This document shows, one piece after another, positions 27,819-37,248 of a DNA stretch of 54,081 bases. The stretch spans positions 1 through 54,081 of IMG/VR virus record IMGVR_UViG_3300025543_000036; one strand, written 5' to 3'. Both the position numbers and the translations under genes were made by a program. The stretch comes from a virus (taxonomy: Duplodnaviria; Caudoviricetes). A model generated the notes under the pieces. It made no database searches. It was not told the origin of the DNA and saw only the letters and a list, made by a program, of their open reading frames with translations. The stretch's first letter is position 1. Every line of letters begins with the position of its first letter.

Positions 27819-28820
27819 TTAATAAATGCTTGTGTAGTCGCCTTCAGCTTTTTCAACTTTAAGCTTTTCAGTAGCATATTGTTCAAGTGATATTCCCCAT
27901 TTGTTAGCTAAACGAACGTCTTCTTGTGTTAGTTTAACTTTATTACTCTTAGAAGTTTTAGGTGTGCGTGATGCACCAGCTACCACTTGAGCAGAATTTG
28001 ACGATGTATCCTGCAAACGAGGTGTTTCAGGTTCTTGAGTAGGAGTACCCTGAAACCTTTGAGGATAACGACTATGTAATCTATTATCGATTTCCTCGTA
28101 AAAATCATTATCAGAAGGATCGTATCCTTCATCTTTAAGTTCTTGGTCTATAGACAAAGCAGCCGTAGTCATTATTTGATCTTTACCAAACCAATCATTC
28201 TTAGCTGCCCAATCAACAGCTTTTGGATCATATTTAGTAGGCTGTTGTTGTGGTTGACTTACCTGTTGTTGCTCTGCCTGTGTAGTATAATTCTCTAATG
28301 CTGTACGTTGATTATTTATTTGATTGAGTTCAGCGTGTGCTTTACTAATACTTTCTTGTGCTGTAATCTGAGCATCTATATCACTATTCTCTATAGCTTG
28401 TCTGTAAATACTTTTAGCAGCCTCTAAATTATTAGTTAATTGAGATTCGCTATTATCTATAGAACTTTTTAGAGAAGTAGATAACTGCTCTTCTTTTTGA
28501 TTTAATTTATTTTGAAGTGTACTAAGACGCTCTTCCATGCTTTGAAGTTTTTCATCACGCTCTTTACGTTGACGAATTAACTGGCGAATACGTTTCTCTG
28601 CGCCTTTAGTCTCAATACCTTCTAATTCTTTTATAGGCTGTTCTTTGTCTTCAGCTTCTTCAGGCTGTGCAGCTTCTTGTACTTCTTGAGTATCTTCTTC
28701 TACAACAGCTTGAACAGGTTCTTCATTTGCTTCTTGACCTTCTACTTCAAACTGAACAGCTTCTTGTTTTTCTACACCATCTACTTCAATGGTTGACCAC
28801 TCTTCTTGATTCTCACTCAT
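27819..28820 (-). CDS. Scaffolding protein
   Basis: Acidic coiled coil, DPKAVDWAAKNDWFG, VKLTQED...ANKWGISLEQYA. Confidence 0.65.
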   Translation of the reverse strand: MSENQEEWSTIEVDGVEKQEAVQFEVEGQEANEEPVQAVVEEDTQEVQEAAQPEEAEDKEQPIKELEGIETKGAEKRIRQLIRQRKERDEKLQSMEERLSTLQNKLNQKEEQLSTSLKSSIDNSESQLTNNLEAAKSIYRQAIENSDIDAQITAQESISKAHAELNQINNQRTALENYTTQAEQQQVSQPQQQPTKYDPKAVDWAAKNDWFGKDQIMTTAALSIDQELKDEGYDPSDNDFYEEIDNRLHSRYPQRFQGTPTQEPETPRLQDTSSNSAQVVAGASRTPKTSKSNKVKLTQEDVRLANKWGISLEQYATEKLKVEKAEGDYTSIY

Positions 28821-28917
28821 TACTTTTCCTTTACATACCGCTAGTGGCGAACCTAACGAATTAAGGTTTATCCTACGCCGTTACTATATTTTATATTATA
28901 TAATATAAATACACAAA

Positions 28918-29340
28918 TTAATTTGAAAGATTAAAAGTTGGATCAAGTGTATGAGGACTTTCTACTCTCATAATAATTTGATCATCAAACAAAAGAATTA
29001 ACTTAACACCTTTGTAAACAAACTTTTGACCAGTGAATTTTCCATAGCAAACATAGTCGCCTGTAGCACACCATTTTCCTAATGGAAACTTCTCTTCGTC
29101 TTTATAAGCAAGGTCGCCTAATTTTAATACCCTGCCTACTGTTGTAAGATATGAAATATCTTCTTTTAATTTTTCAGGGATAATAATACCCCCTTTAGTT
29201 TTCTCTTTAACTATTACTGGTTGAACTAAAACGTGATAACCAGGAATATCTGGTAAATCATTTACATCAATTAGATCACTATCTGAATTTACCCAGTCTG
29301 AATTATTAATTGATTTCTCTAGTTGTACAGCTTGCATCAA
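28918..29340 (-). CDS. groES: Co-chaperonin GroES-like
   Basis: GYHVLV, KTKGGIIIP mobile loop, GDYVCYGK. Confidence 0.8.
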   Translation of the reverse strand: MMQAVQLEKSINNSDWVNSDSDLIDVNDLPDIPGYHVLVQPVIVKEKTKGGIIIPEKLKEDISYLTTVGRVLKLGDLAYKDEEKFPLGKWCATGDYVCYGKFTGQKFVYKGVKLILLFDDQIIMRVESPHTLDPTFNLSN

Positions 29341-29531
29341 TCTTCTTCCTCATATATTCGATGTTTAACTATATGCCTTAGTAAGTCCTGTGCAAATTCA
29401 ACACCTTCTATTAGACCTACTGCTTGACGATACTCATCGTAACTAGAAGCGTTTCCATACGCAAGAGATTTTTTTGTTTCTTCTATCTTTTCTTTATACT
29501 TTAAATTTAACTCGTCCCAAAATTCCATCAC
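29337..29531 (-). CDS. Hypothetical protein
   Basis: 64 aa, YRQAVGLIEG, coupled to portal. Confidence 0.6.
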   Translation of the reverse strand: MMEFWDELNLKYKEKIEETKKSLAYGNASSYDEYRQAVGLIEGVEFAQDLLRHIVKHRIYEEED

Positions 29532-32056
29532 TATCCTTTATTTGTATCAGAGATAAACTTACCTAACATATCTGCTGCTTTAAGAGTTTTGTCTCTGTCA
29601 ATGTTTGCTTCAGTATCTGCTAATTCAAGCAACGCTTCCATAGCCGCAATAGCTTTCTTAGATTCCCTATCACGCTCAGAATCCTCTGCTTTAGCTGTGA
29701 TACTAGCACCTTCTTTAAACATATCCAACTGAATTTGTAGTTCTTTAAGATCAAGCTCACGTTGTTTATTAGCAGCATTTATTGCTTCTTTAGCTGCTTG
29801 TGCTTGAATTTTCTGTTGTTCAATACCAAGCTTCTGTCCTTCAATCTGAACAAGCTGCGCTTCAGGAGACATTGCTTGTTGCTGCATAGCGGCAGCTTGA
29901 TTGGCTTGAAGAACTTGTTGAGCAGCAGTAGCCATAACTGCTTCAATAAGATCAGGATTATTTGGATCAATGCCCTGCTGTTCTGCATCATTGCCATATG
30001 TAGAAATCATTTCTTCTGTTATACCAGTAATCTGTTCTTGATACTTTAACATAAGATGTTCCTGCATGTTTGCTTCTAAAATTGGAGCTATTCGTTGCAT
30101 TAACGGATTAGCACCATTTGCAGGGTCTTGTAGGTATGTGGTCTTAACTTGAATATGTGCATCATGGTTTTGACCAGGGAATGCTTTGATAGCCATTCCT
30201 TTAACTGCTGCAGCAATATCACTTACAGGATCAAGCGGAACAGGCTTTGGCTTGCTCGGCATAATCTTATCTAAGTTAGGAATATTTGCTGCATTAAGAA
30301 TTGTCTTGTTTAGCTCTTCAATATCAAACATGCCTGGAGGAGATGATTGAGAAAGCTGTAGTGCAAGTTGTGCCATCATCATGCGATGAGCAGAAGATGG
30401 TATATTAGGATCAGACACAGGAATAATATCAATCCTGCCATCGAAGTCATTACGATATATTTTTAATGTACCATTAGGAATATCACACATAGACTCTGAA
30501 GGAAGATACTCATAGTTAATTCTTCCTAAGAGTTTAAATTCTTCTTTCTGAGATTTATGTAAACGCTTATGAATAGCACTGAAGAACTTACTACTGGCTT
30601 CTAGTAATGCCATTGTAGTTCCTACAGGACCATAGTTAACACCATCAGCTATAACTTGTTCTGTACTGTCTGCAAACTTCTGTGCTGTAGAGGTTACAAA
30701 GTTAAGCATCTGCAGAAGTGTTTGAGAAGGTTCTTTGTAGGGCAGGTTAATAATCATCTTAGAGATATCATTACCTGTAGCTTCTACTTCTTTAAACTCA
30801 CCAGGAGATATAGGATCATTATCTCCTACAATACGCATACCTTTTGCCTTGAAACCTCCAGGTAAATTAGCAAACTGACCAGCATCTACTAGGCTACGCA
30901 TAGCTGCAGTCGCTGTCATAGTAAGATTACCCAAGAAATGTATTAGACCTAGACCATAAAAACCAAATCCAGGGACAAAACGATAGTGTGTGAAGAAGAT
31001 TTTCTTTTCTTTTCGCGGATCATCTTTATCATAGTTCCTGCGGATAGACAGAATCTTTCTGCTTTTCTCTTCTATAGTAACAATATAAGGAAGAGCAATA
31101 TCTTCTTCGTCTTCAAAGCCTTCTAAATCTAAATAACAGTGCTGTTCTAACAACACATATTGTGGATCATTGTCTCCAGATGGAGATAAACCCATGATAT
31201 TATCCATCTTCTGGGACATAGCGCTGCTTTGTGGTATAGAAGCTTCAGGTAATTCTACGTCTTCATACATACCTGCAGCAATATCTCTACGCATCTCTAC
31301 CGGAGAACGGTAAATTACATGCGTATACCTATCTGCTCGACGTAAGTCTGTAGCATAATAGGACACATAGAACTGATCTATAGGGACAAACTCAGATACA
31401 GGACGGTTTAAACCTGAATCAAAATAAATTTTCTTGAAGGCAGAACCTATCAGAGGTAGATGAAAGAGCATACGTTCAAACTCATCAAAGTATTCTGACA
31501 TCTGGTCAGTAACCTGATAGTTCATAAACTCTTCTACACGTTGTGCCTGATCTTCTTTTTCTTCAGATACATTTCCTATGATCTGAGACTTAACAGGTCC
31601 ACTGGCAGGAAATAGTTCTTGTGTAGCTTTAGACTGAAACTTAACTGCTGACTCAATAAGAACAGGATGTACTGCTGTACATGCTCCCTCAAAAGGTTCG
31701 GAGGCTTCCTCTAACTTCAAACCAAGAAGATCGAAGCCACGCTCAAACATACTCTCCCATTCACCGCGACTATCTTTGTCTGCTACAAAGTTATCATAAA
31801 CTTCTTGAGAGATATCTTGAAGAATATCATCATCTATCTCATCTGCTAAGTTTCTATAAAACTCATCATCAGTTTCTTCTATCTGTTCATCAGACAATAA
31901 TTCTTCTGTTGGGTTTTTAAATTCTACTATTACACCACCATCAGTATTATCATATTCAATAGTAGCTTCTTGCTCTGTGTCTCCCTCTGGCTCAATCTCT
32001 ATTTGAGTAACTTGAACTTGTGGGATAGGATCAAAGGGATTACGTTCAGTTGCCAT
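29531..32056 (-). CDS. Portal protein
   Basis: 841 aa after TerL; GSAFKKIY, PGFGFYGLG, PVGTTMALLE, C-terminal coiled coil. Confidence 0.85.
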   Translation of the reverse strand: MATERNPFDPIPQVQVTQIEIEPEGDTEQEATIEYDNTDGGVIVEFKNPTEELLSDEQIEETDDEFYRNLADEIDDDILQDISQEVYDNFVADKDSRGEWESMFERGFDLLGLKLEEASEPFEGACTAVHPVLIESAVKFQSKATQELFPASGPVKSQIIGNVSEEKEDQAQRVEEFMNYQVTDQMSEYFDEFERMLFHLPLIGSAFKKIYFDSGLNRPVSEFVPIDQFYVSYYATDLRRADRYTHVIYRSPVEMRRDIAAGMYEDVELPEASIPQSSAMSQKMDNIMGLSPSGDNDPQYVLLEQHCYLDLEGFEDEEDIALPYIVTIEEKSRKILSIRRNYDKDDPRKEKKIFFTHYRFVPGFGFYGLGLIHFLGNLTMTATAAMRSLVDAGQFANLPGGFKAKGMRIVGDNDPISPGEFKEVEATGNDISKMIINLPYKEPSQTLLQMLNFVTSTAQKFADSTEQVIADGVNYGPVGTTMALLEASSKFFSAIHKRLHKSQKEEFKLLGRINYEYLPSESMCDIPNGTLKIYRNDFDGRIDIIPVSDPNIPSSAHRMMMAQLALQLSQSSPPGMFDIEELNKTILNAANIPNLDKIMPSKPKPVPLDPVSDIAAAVKGMAIKAFPGQNHDAHIQVKTTYLQDPANGANPLMQRIAPILEANMQEHLMLKYQEQITGITEEMISTYGNDAEQQGIDPNNPDLIEAVMATAAQQVLQANQAAAMQQQAMSPEAQLVQIEGQKLGIEQQKIQAQAAKEAINAANKQRELDLKELQIQLDMFKEGASITAKAEDSERDRESKKAIAAMEALLELADTEANIDRDKTLKAADMLGKFISDTNKG

Positions 32057-32665
32057 TTATATCGTCCTCGGTGTATAGTTATAAGGATTACGTTCTACTA
32101 TAGAACCACCTTTCTTATATCCCATCCAAGTACGCATTTGTTTTAAAGTGGGATTTTTAAAAGTCTTTTGTTCTATCTTGTCTTTAACTTTTGTGCCGCC
32201 TAAAGGAGTATAAGCAATAATCTTATCACCTTCTATATTATATTTAAAGTTTTTATTTTTACTGTCTGTTGCTAAACTATAACCATGTTCTTCTAAAAAT
32301 TGTATTTGTTTTTTAAAATCTAATCTTTTATTTAGATTAGTATCAGGATAGTCTCGTTTTGTTTTTTGAATTGTTTTTGCTATAGGCTTTACTGTTTTAC
32401 CTACAGGACTTTCTAATGCTCCAGAAAGTAAAGCAGTTGTAGCTACGGCAGGACTAGGGTTTTCTACAACTTGTTTACCAGCTTCATATATTGCAGATAT
32501 ATCAGGTGTAATAAATTGAGCAAGTCCTTTAATTGGCTCATAAGCAGGACCAAGTGTACCCTGAAGAACCTCCTCTCCTTTAGTTAATCCAGTTTGTACA
32601 TAAGACTGCATTAAGTTTAGAACATTTTCTAATGCGCTATCGCCATCAATTGCCATATTGTGCAT
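32057..32665 (-). CDS. Hypothetical protein between TerL and portal
   Basis: 202 aa, ends YKKGGSIVERNPYNYTPRTI. Confidence 0.6.
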   Translation of the reverse strand: MHNMAIDGDSALENVLNLMQSYVQTGLTKGEEVLQGTLGPAYEPIKGLAQFITPDISAIYEAGKQVVENPSPAVATTALLSGALESPVGKTVKPIAKTIQKTKRDYPDTNLNKRLDFKKQIQFLEEHGYSLATDSKNKNFKYNIEGDKIIAYTPLGGTKVKDKIEQKTFKNPTLKQMRTWMGYKKGGSIVERNPYNYTPRTI

Positions 32666-32701
32666 TACCTTTACTAAATAAATAATTTTTTAATTATAGT
32701 C

Positions 32702-34297
32702 TTAAACTCGCCAGTATGCAACTCGCTTTTGATTTCTATGTCCTTGATCATCCTCCCAATCAGGATCATCAGGATGCTCTAAACGCCAGCTATCTTTTAC
32801 ATAATGTATTGCCATTGTCATGGCGTCAACCTGATCATCATGTTTACCATATGGAAACATTATCATCTCTTCGTAAAGTTCTGTTGACCAACCCTTTCCT
32901 TCTGGTAGCCATACCCTTCCTGACTCTAGCATAGGAGATGCAGAAATAACTCTGCTAACCTTATCTCTATCAGGAGTATACTCTAGTACAGGCAAACCAC
33001 TTCTACGCATGTCCTGTATCAAAGACTGACCACTGGCCTTCTTTTCTACGAGACAAAAGTCTGGCCTATGTTTCTTGTATTCTTCTTGTGCTATACGTCT
33101 TAGATCAGGATACTCGTATCTGCCTCTTTTACTTCCTAGTAGAATAATATTAGAGGCTACGTTTTCTTCTCCTGTTTCAAGATCATCATCATGGAAATAG
33201 AATATACCCCATGTTTGTATCACTGAATAGTCTGCGGTTGTCTTTGTGGAGAACGCTGTGTCATATGTCTGTAGAATAAAGTCACAGCCAGGAGGGTCGC
33301 CATAGTCCCACCAGTTAACCCAATCCTTCTTAATCAAGCTACCTTCATCAGGAGTAGGATTCTGCATATACAGGCTTTCCCAGTACTTTGATCCATTGGT
33401 AGCTCTTATCTCCATCTCATCTTGTCTTAGTATTTCATCGCTTTTCCATTCAGGAAAGTAACTTGTTCCTACAGGCAAGCCTAGTAACTTACTAGAATCT
33501 TCGTCTACCCATGCAGGTATACTGACTACATCCCAGCGCATCTCTGTATCTATATCAAACTTCTCTTGCTGCTTCAGCAGCCACCCGCAAAGATCATCAT
33601 AATGATAACGGGTATTAATAATAATTATTGCACCATTAGGCATGATACGTGTGCGTAAACCTGATGGCCACCATTCCTTGATATACCTTCTACCTGCATC
33701 AGAGAAACTATCTTCTTCTGACATTGCATCATCAAGGATAGCTACATGTGCGCCACGACCTGCGATCTGACTACGAACACCCGCAGCATAGTAGCTACCA
33801 TTCAGGTTTGTCTTCCACTTACCTGCTGCCCGTACATCCTGTCTGAGGTTTACCCCAGGAAACATATCTGTAAATTCTTCTGTTCCTACTATGTCTCTGA
33901 CTGATCTACCAAAGTCACTAGATAGTTGATCCGAGTGACTGACTGTCAGTATCTCATGGTTAGGATTTTTACCTATGTACCATGCAGGGAATAACTTAGA
34001 ACATATTACTGACTTACTGCTACGAGGAGGGAGAAACACCATGAGGCGTTTGATCTTTCCTTCTACCACCTTCTGCAGTTTGTCTGATATAACTTCAATA
34101 TGCTTACCCATCTCCCAATCAGATACCAGCGTAGGTGCTACTAACTTAACAAAGGTAAGGAAATCTTTCTTAGACTTCTGCGAAGTTAATTCTTTTAGAT
34201 TGTTTCTTATCTGAAGAAGAGCAGCATATTTAAACTCTTGTTCCTGTATAGCCTGTTGTTGTTTAGCAGTTAGCTGCTCTTCCTCTTGTTCTGTCAT
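32702..34297 (-). CDS. terL: Terminase large subunit
   Basis: PPRSSKS Walker A, ILDD, YDTAFS, EKKASG, HDDQVD. Confidence 0.92.
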   Translation of the reverse strand: MTEQEEEQLTAKQQQAIQEQEFKYAALLQIRNNLKELTSQKSKKDFLTFVKLVAPTLVSDWEMGKHIEVISDKLQKVVEGKIKRLMVFLPPRSSKSVICSKLFPAWYIGKNPNHEILTVSHSDQLSSDFGRSVRDIVGTEEFTDMFPGVNLRQDVRAAGKWKTNLNGSYYAAGVRSQIAGRGAHVAILDDAMSEEDSFSDAGRRYIKEWWPSGLRTRIMPNGAIIIINTRYHYDDLCGWLLKQQEKFDIDTEMRWDVVSIPAWVDEDSSKLLGLPVGTSYFPEWKSDEILRQDEMEIRATNGSKYWESLYMQNPTPDEGSLIKKDWVNWWDYGDPPGCDFILQTYDTAFSTKTTADYSVIQTWGIFYFHDDDLETGEENVASNIILLGSKRGRYEYPDLRRIAQEEYKKHRPDFCLVEKKASGQSLIQDMRRSGLPVLEYTPDRDKVSRVISASPMLESGRVWLPEGKGWSTELYEEMIMFPYGKHDDQVDAMTMAIHYVKDSWRLEHPDDPDWEDDQGHRNQKRVAYWRV

Positions 34298-34303
34298 GTT
34301 AAT

Positions 34304-34549
34304 TTAAACTTCTTGTTGATCTGAACAAATAATTTGTCTTACTGGCTTACCCTCAAATCTAGAAGACGCATATTCTCTTATACCATCTACGTTCTTCCAC
34401 ATATAAGTATAACAACTTTCTTGCGTTCTAAAAGTTAGAGGCTTTCCCTGATGATGAGTGATAACCAATGCATCTTCTTCACCAGTTAATGGATATACCT
34501 CTTGATCTGTACCAAGACCTAGAACCATGAAAACGACTATCTTCCACAT
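34304..34549 (-). CDS. Hypothetical protein with hydrophobic N-terminus
   Basis: 81 aa with SD AAGGA. Confidence 0.55.
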   Translation of the reverse strand: MWKIVVFMVLGLGTDQEVYPLTGEEDALVITHHQGKPLTFRTQESCYTYMWKNVDGIREYASSRFEGKPVRQIICSDQQEV

Positions 34550-34550
34550 T

Positions 34551-34679
34551 TTACTTTCCTTTTTGTTTTGCTGCTCTTTCTTCTCTACAGCATCTGCAGT
34601 TACAGTCTCCCTCTTTATGTTCTACATGAAGTTTCCCACAAGTACAATAGTCTTTATTGTTATCGCAATCTTTTTTCAT
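34551..34679 (-). CDS. 42-aa Cys/His-rich peptide (not in ORF track)
   Basis: MKKDCDNNKDYCTCGKLHVEHKEGDCNCRCCREERAAKQKGK, SD AGGAG upstream. Confidence 0.6.
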   Translation of the reverse strand: MKKDCDNNKDYCTCGKLHVEHKEGDCNCRCCREERAAKQKGK

Positions 34680-34724
34680 AATGACAATATCTCCTGAACA
34701 TCAAAATAATATTTTAACACCCTC

Positions 34725-34767
34725 TTCTTGTGAAGACAACAAAAGTACCTTTTCTTGCGAAGACAAC
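34725..34767. repeat. 16-bp direct repeat pair, 27-bp period
   Basis: TTCTTGTGAAGACAAC / TTCTTGCGAAGACAAC. Confidence 0.7.
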
Positions 34768-34844
34768 CAAGGCTATCTTATATGGTAGCGAAGTTGCATT
34801 TATGCAACACTAAGATATTATTTTTATTTTTTTATTATTTTTTC

Positions 34845-34873
34845 TTGATAATATTATTTTTGTCTGTTATAAT
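34845..34873 (+). promoter_or_regulatory. Near-consensus sigma70 promoter
   Basis: TTGATA-N17-TATAAT with extended TG. Confidence 0.6.
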
Positions 34874-35067
34874 TATATATATAGAGATACTACAGAGTAG
34901 AAATTCTAACAGCAGTTAGAAGATAATAAATAATAATAATAAAAATAAAGTTAGAATATCTGTTACATAGAGTTTATATAATTTATATATAGCGATATAA
35001 TAAGAAAGTTTAACAAGCCTTATTTTTAGAATTAATTTTACTGTACGTGAATTGCTAAAAATAAACT

Positions 35068-35105
35068 AAGGGGGTGTTTCCTAGATTGGATGCACCCCTT
35101 TTTTT
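35068..35105 (+). terminator. Rho-independent terminator
   Basis: AAGGGGGTG...CACCCCTT followed by a T run. Confidence 0.7.
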
Positions 35106-35511
35106 GTTTAAATTTTAGTAGGTTTATCAAGCCTTGTATTTTTGGTCTGTATATGTCATAGGCATATATATATAAAACAGCAAAGCAAAATTTTTTTGCA
35201 GGGGTATAGCTAAAAAAATCTCTAGAAAATCCATAGAGCGTTTAGCGTTTCCTTTTTTAAATGCTTCGGCGCCACACGAAAGCTTATTCAATTGAGCATC
35301 GTTAAGATTATGCAGACGCTTGTTTAGGTCGTCGATCTTTTACAGAAGGGGTGGGTCTTCTTAAATAACATACCCCCTACCCATCCCCAGAAATCCCCCA
35401 TTCATCTATACAGCTAATGAATAACCTGTTCGTTAAACCGCTAGGCATATGCTTAGGCGTTTGTCAATAACAATGATTATAAAAAAAAGTGTAAATTAAT
35501 TAATTTAGTTA

Positions 35512-35542
35512 TTGACGTCCATCTCCTCATGTGTTCTATTAT
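35512..35542 (+). promoter_or_regulatory. Putative early promoter
   Basis: TTGACG then TCTATTAT 17 nt downstream, A-rich upstream, before the first early ORF. Confidence 0.45.
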
Positions 35543-35588
35543 GAATACACCAAGTTAAAACATTAACCACCACCAAAGGAAAAAGACA

Positions 35589-35726
35589 ATGGAAACGTAC
35601 AAGATGACAATACAAGAAGCGCTAAAAGATCAACCCGAGCTATTAGAGAAAGTAATGGAAGTAGTAATCGAAAACGATATGAAAAAAGAAATAGCGCAAA
35701 TTGTAGCGAAAAACGAAAGGAATTAA
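35589..35726 (+). CDS. 45-aa early protein (not in ORF track)
   Basis: METYKMTIQEALKDQPELLEK..., SD AAGGA. Confidence 0.6.
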   Translation: METYKMTIQEALKDQPELLEKVMEVVIENDMKKEIAQIVAKNERN

Positions 35727-35730
35727 AGCA

Positions 35731-35943
35731 ATGGACAAATATTTACCTTACGCTATATATGATCACTGTATGGAAAAACCTGCCTCTGTTCAATCTTTAC
35801 TATTCTCACAGATGGCTACAAATCCTAGCACCTTTAAATTATCTAGTGAAGCGGTAGAGAAAATAGAAAAAAGAAGTGATTTCAAAAACAAGCTATTAGC
35901 TGCAATAGAATACGCACTTAAAGAAAAATTGGTGCAATACTAA
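35731..35943 (+). CDS. Hypothetical early protein
   Basis: 70 aa in the early cluster. Confidence 0.6.
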   Translation: MDKYLPYAIYDHCMEKPASVQSLLFSQMATNPSTFKLSSEAVEKIEKRSDFKNKLLAAIEYALKEKLVQY

Positions 35944-36001
35944 GCTAACTAGGGGGAGGTGTAAAAGCCTCCCCACTACCACCACCAAAGGAAAGAAGCA
36001 A

Positions 36002-36199
36002 ATGACTATTATAGTAAAAAACCCAAAGCAAATGAATATCGTGGTAAAAAATCGAGAAGTATACGGGAATGTTTTAACGTATCCAATCTGCAAAAAAGCG
36101 CTAACCTTTGCAAAAATATCAGGACATAAGACGTTAACCCGTGCAACGCTGCAAAGTATCACAGAACTAGGCTATGAGGTTATATATTCAAATGATTAA
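36002..36199 (+). CDS. Hypothetical early protein
   Basis: VYGNVLTYPIC...KTLT...LGY; SD AAGGA. Confidence 0.65.
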   Translation: MTIIVKNPKQMNIVVKNREVYGNVLTYPICKKALTFAKISGHKTLTRATLQSITELGYEVIYSND

Positions 36200-36287
36200 T
36201 ATAAACACTTTAATTCTTGCAATCGTGGTCACAATGGTTATGCTAGGCATACATTCAATATCTGAATACTTTTTAAATGGAGCTTAA
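36192..36287 (+). CDS. 31-aa membrane peptide (not in ORF track)
   Basis: MININTLILAIVVTMVMLGIHSISEYFLNGA, GAGG upstream. Confidence 0.4.
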   Translation: MININTLILAIVVTMVMLGIHSISEYFLNGA

Positions 36288-36290
36288 AAA

Positions 36291-36533
36291 ATGAATACGA
36301 TATACGTCAACGGCATAAAAACAAAATTTAAATACTCTAATGGCGGTAGCTATGAGACAAATCAAAACAATAAAAAGAACGGCGTTCAGGCTGTCTTTAT
36401 ATGGGGTAAAGATATCAATGGTCGATCTTGCCCCACAAGTCATATAAGTTTACCGCTTGGAATGTTTCAAACCGGCGGCACTTGCAACATGTATGGTACG
36501 AAATACACAATTAAACGAAGGGACTTAGTATAA
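36291..36533 (+). CDS. Hypothetical protein
   Basis: 80 aa, GGAG SD. Confidence 0.6.
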   Translation: MNTIYVNGIKTKFKYSNGGSYETNQNNKKNGVQAVFIWGKDINGRSCPTSHISLPLGMFQTGGTCNMYGTKYTIKRRDLV

Positions 36534-37225
36534 TGGCAAAGGTAAACGGACTTAAACTATTAGGCGTAGGCAATAATGCTAAGACAATCAAGGGCGATGG
36601 TTCGGAATATCTAACCGCTATCATGTATCTATTACCCGACGATTTCCTTTGCCCGATGGCGCGACTTGCGGGATGTAAGGCGGGTTGTCTTAATACCGCC
36701 GGTCGTGGTGCGTTTAACAACGTGCAAGCGGCAAGACACAGAAAGTCTAAGCTACTGTTACAAGTTCCAGAAGAATTTAACACGCTATTGCGTAAGGATT
36801 TAGATAGGTTTCAGAAGTATTGCGAACGTAAAAGCATACAGCCTGTCGTGCGATTGAATGGGACAAGCGACTATAACTGGCTAAAGATTATTAGGGATTA
36901 CCCTGCTATTCAGTTTTACGACTATACGAAGGTTTATAATCGAGTGGCTAAAGACTGGCCGGATAACTATCACTTAACCTTGTCTTATTCAGAAGCGAAC
37001 GAAACATATAGAGACAAGGTTATAGAGTACGCCAACAACTATGGTGCTAACATGGCAGTCGTGTTTAGGGATAAAAATAATATTCCTAAGAAGTTTTTAG
37101 GCCGCAAGGTCATTGATGGCGATAAGGACGACATGCGCTTTCTCGATCCATCTAATGTTGTGGTGGCACTGTACGCCAAGGGCAAGGCTAAGAAAGATGC
37201 AAGCGGATTTGTTATCGACGCATAA
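36533..37225 (+). CDS. GP88-family protein
   Basis: CPMA..GC...CL Cys triad, VRLNGTSD, FYDYTK, HLTLS, DGDKDDMRFLD. Confidence 0.7.
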   Translation: MAKVNGLKLLGVGNNAKTIKGDGSEYLTAIMYLLPDDFLCPMARLAGCKAGCLNTAGRGAFNNVQAARHRKSKLLLQVPEEFNTLLRKDLDRFQKYCERKSIQPVVRLNGTSDYNWLKIIRDYPAIQFYDYTKVYNRVAKDWPDNYHLTLSYSEANETYRDKVIEYANNYGANMAVVFRDKNNIPKKFLGRKVIDGDKDDMRFLDPSNVVVALYAKGKAKKDASGFVIDA

Positions 37226-37248
37226 CTTTAACTCAGGAGAATAAGACA

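Noticed and set aside
35127-35340. Open minus-strand frame in the non-coding region
   Set aside because: Begins right after a stop with no upstream start or SD
34700-35580. tRNA, CRISPR array or cobalamin riboswitch in the large intergenic region
   Set aside because: No cloverleaf, repeat-spacer periodicity or B12 box recognisable
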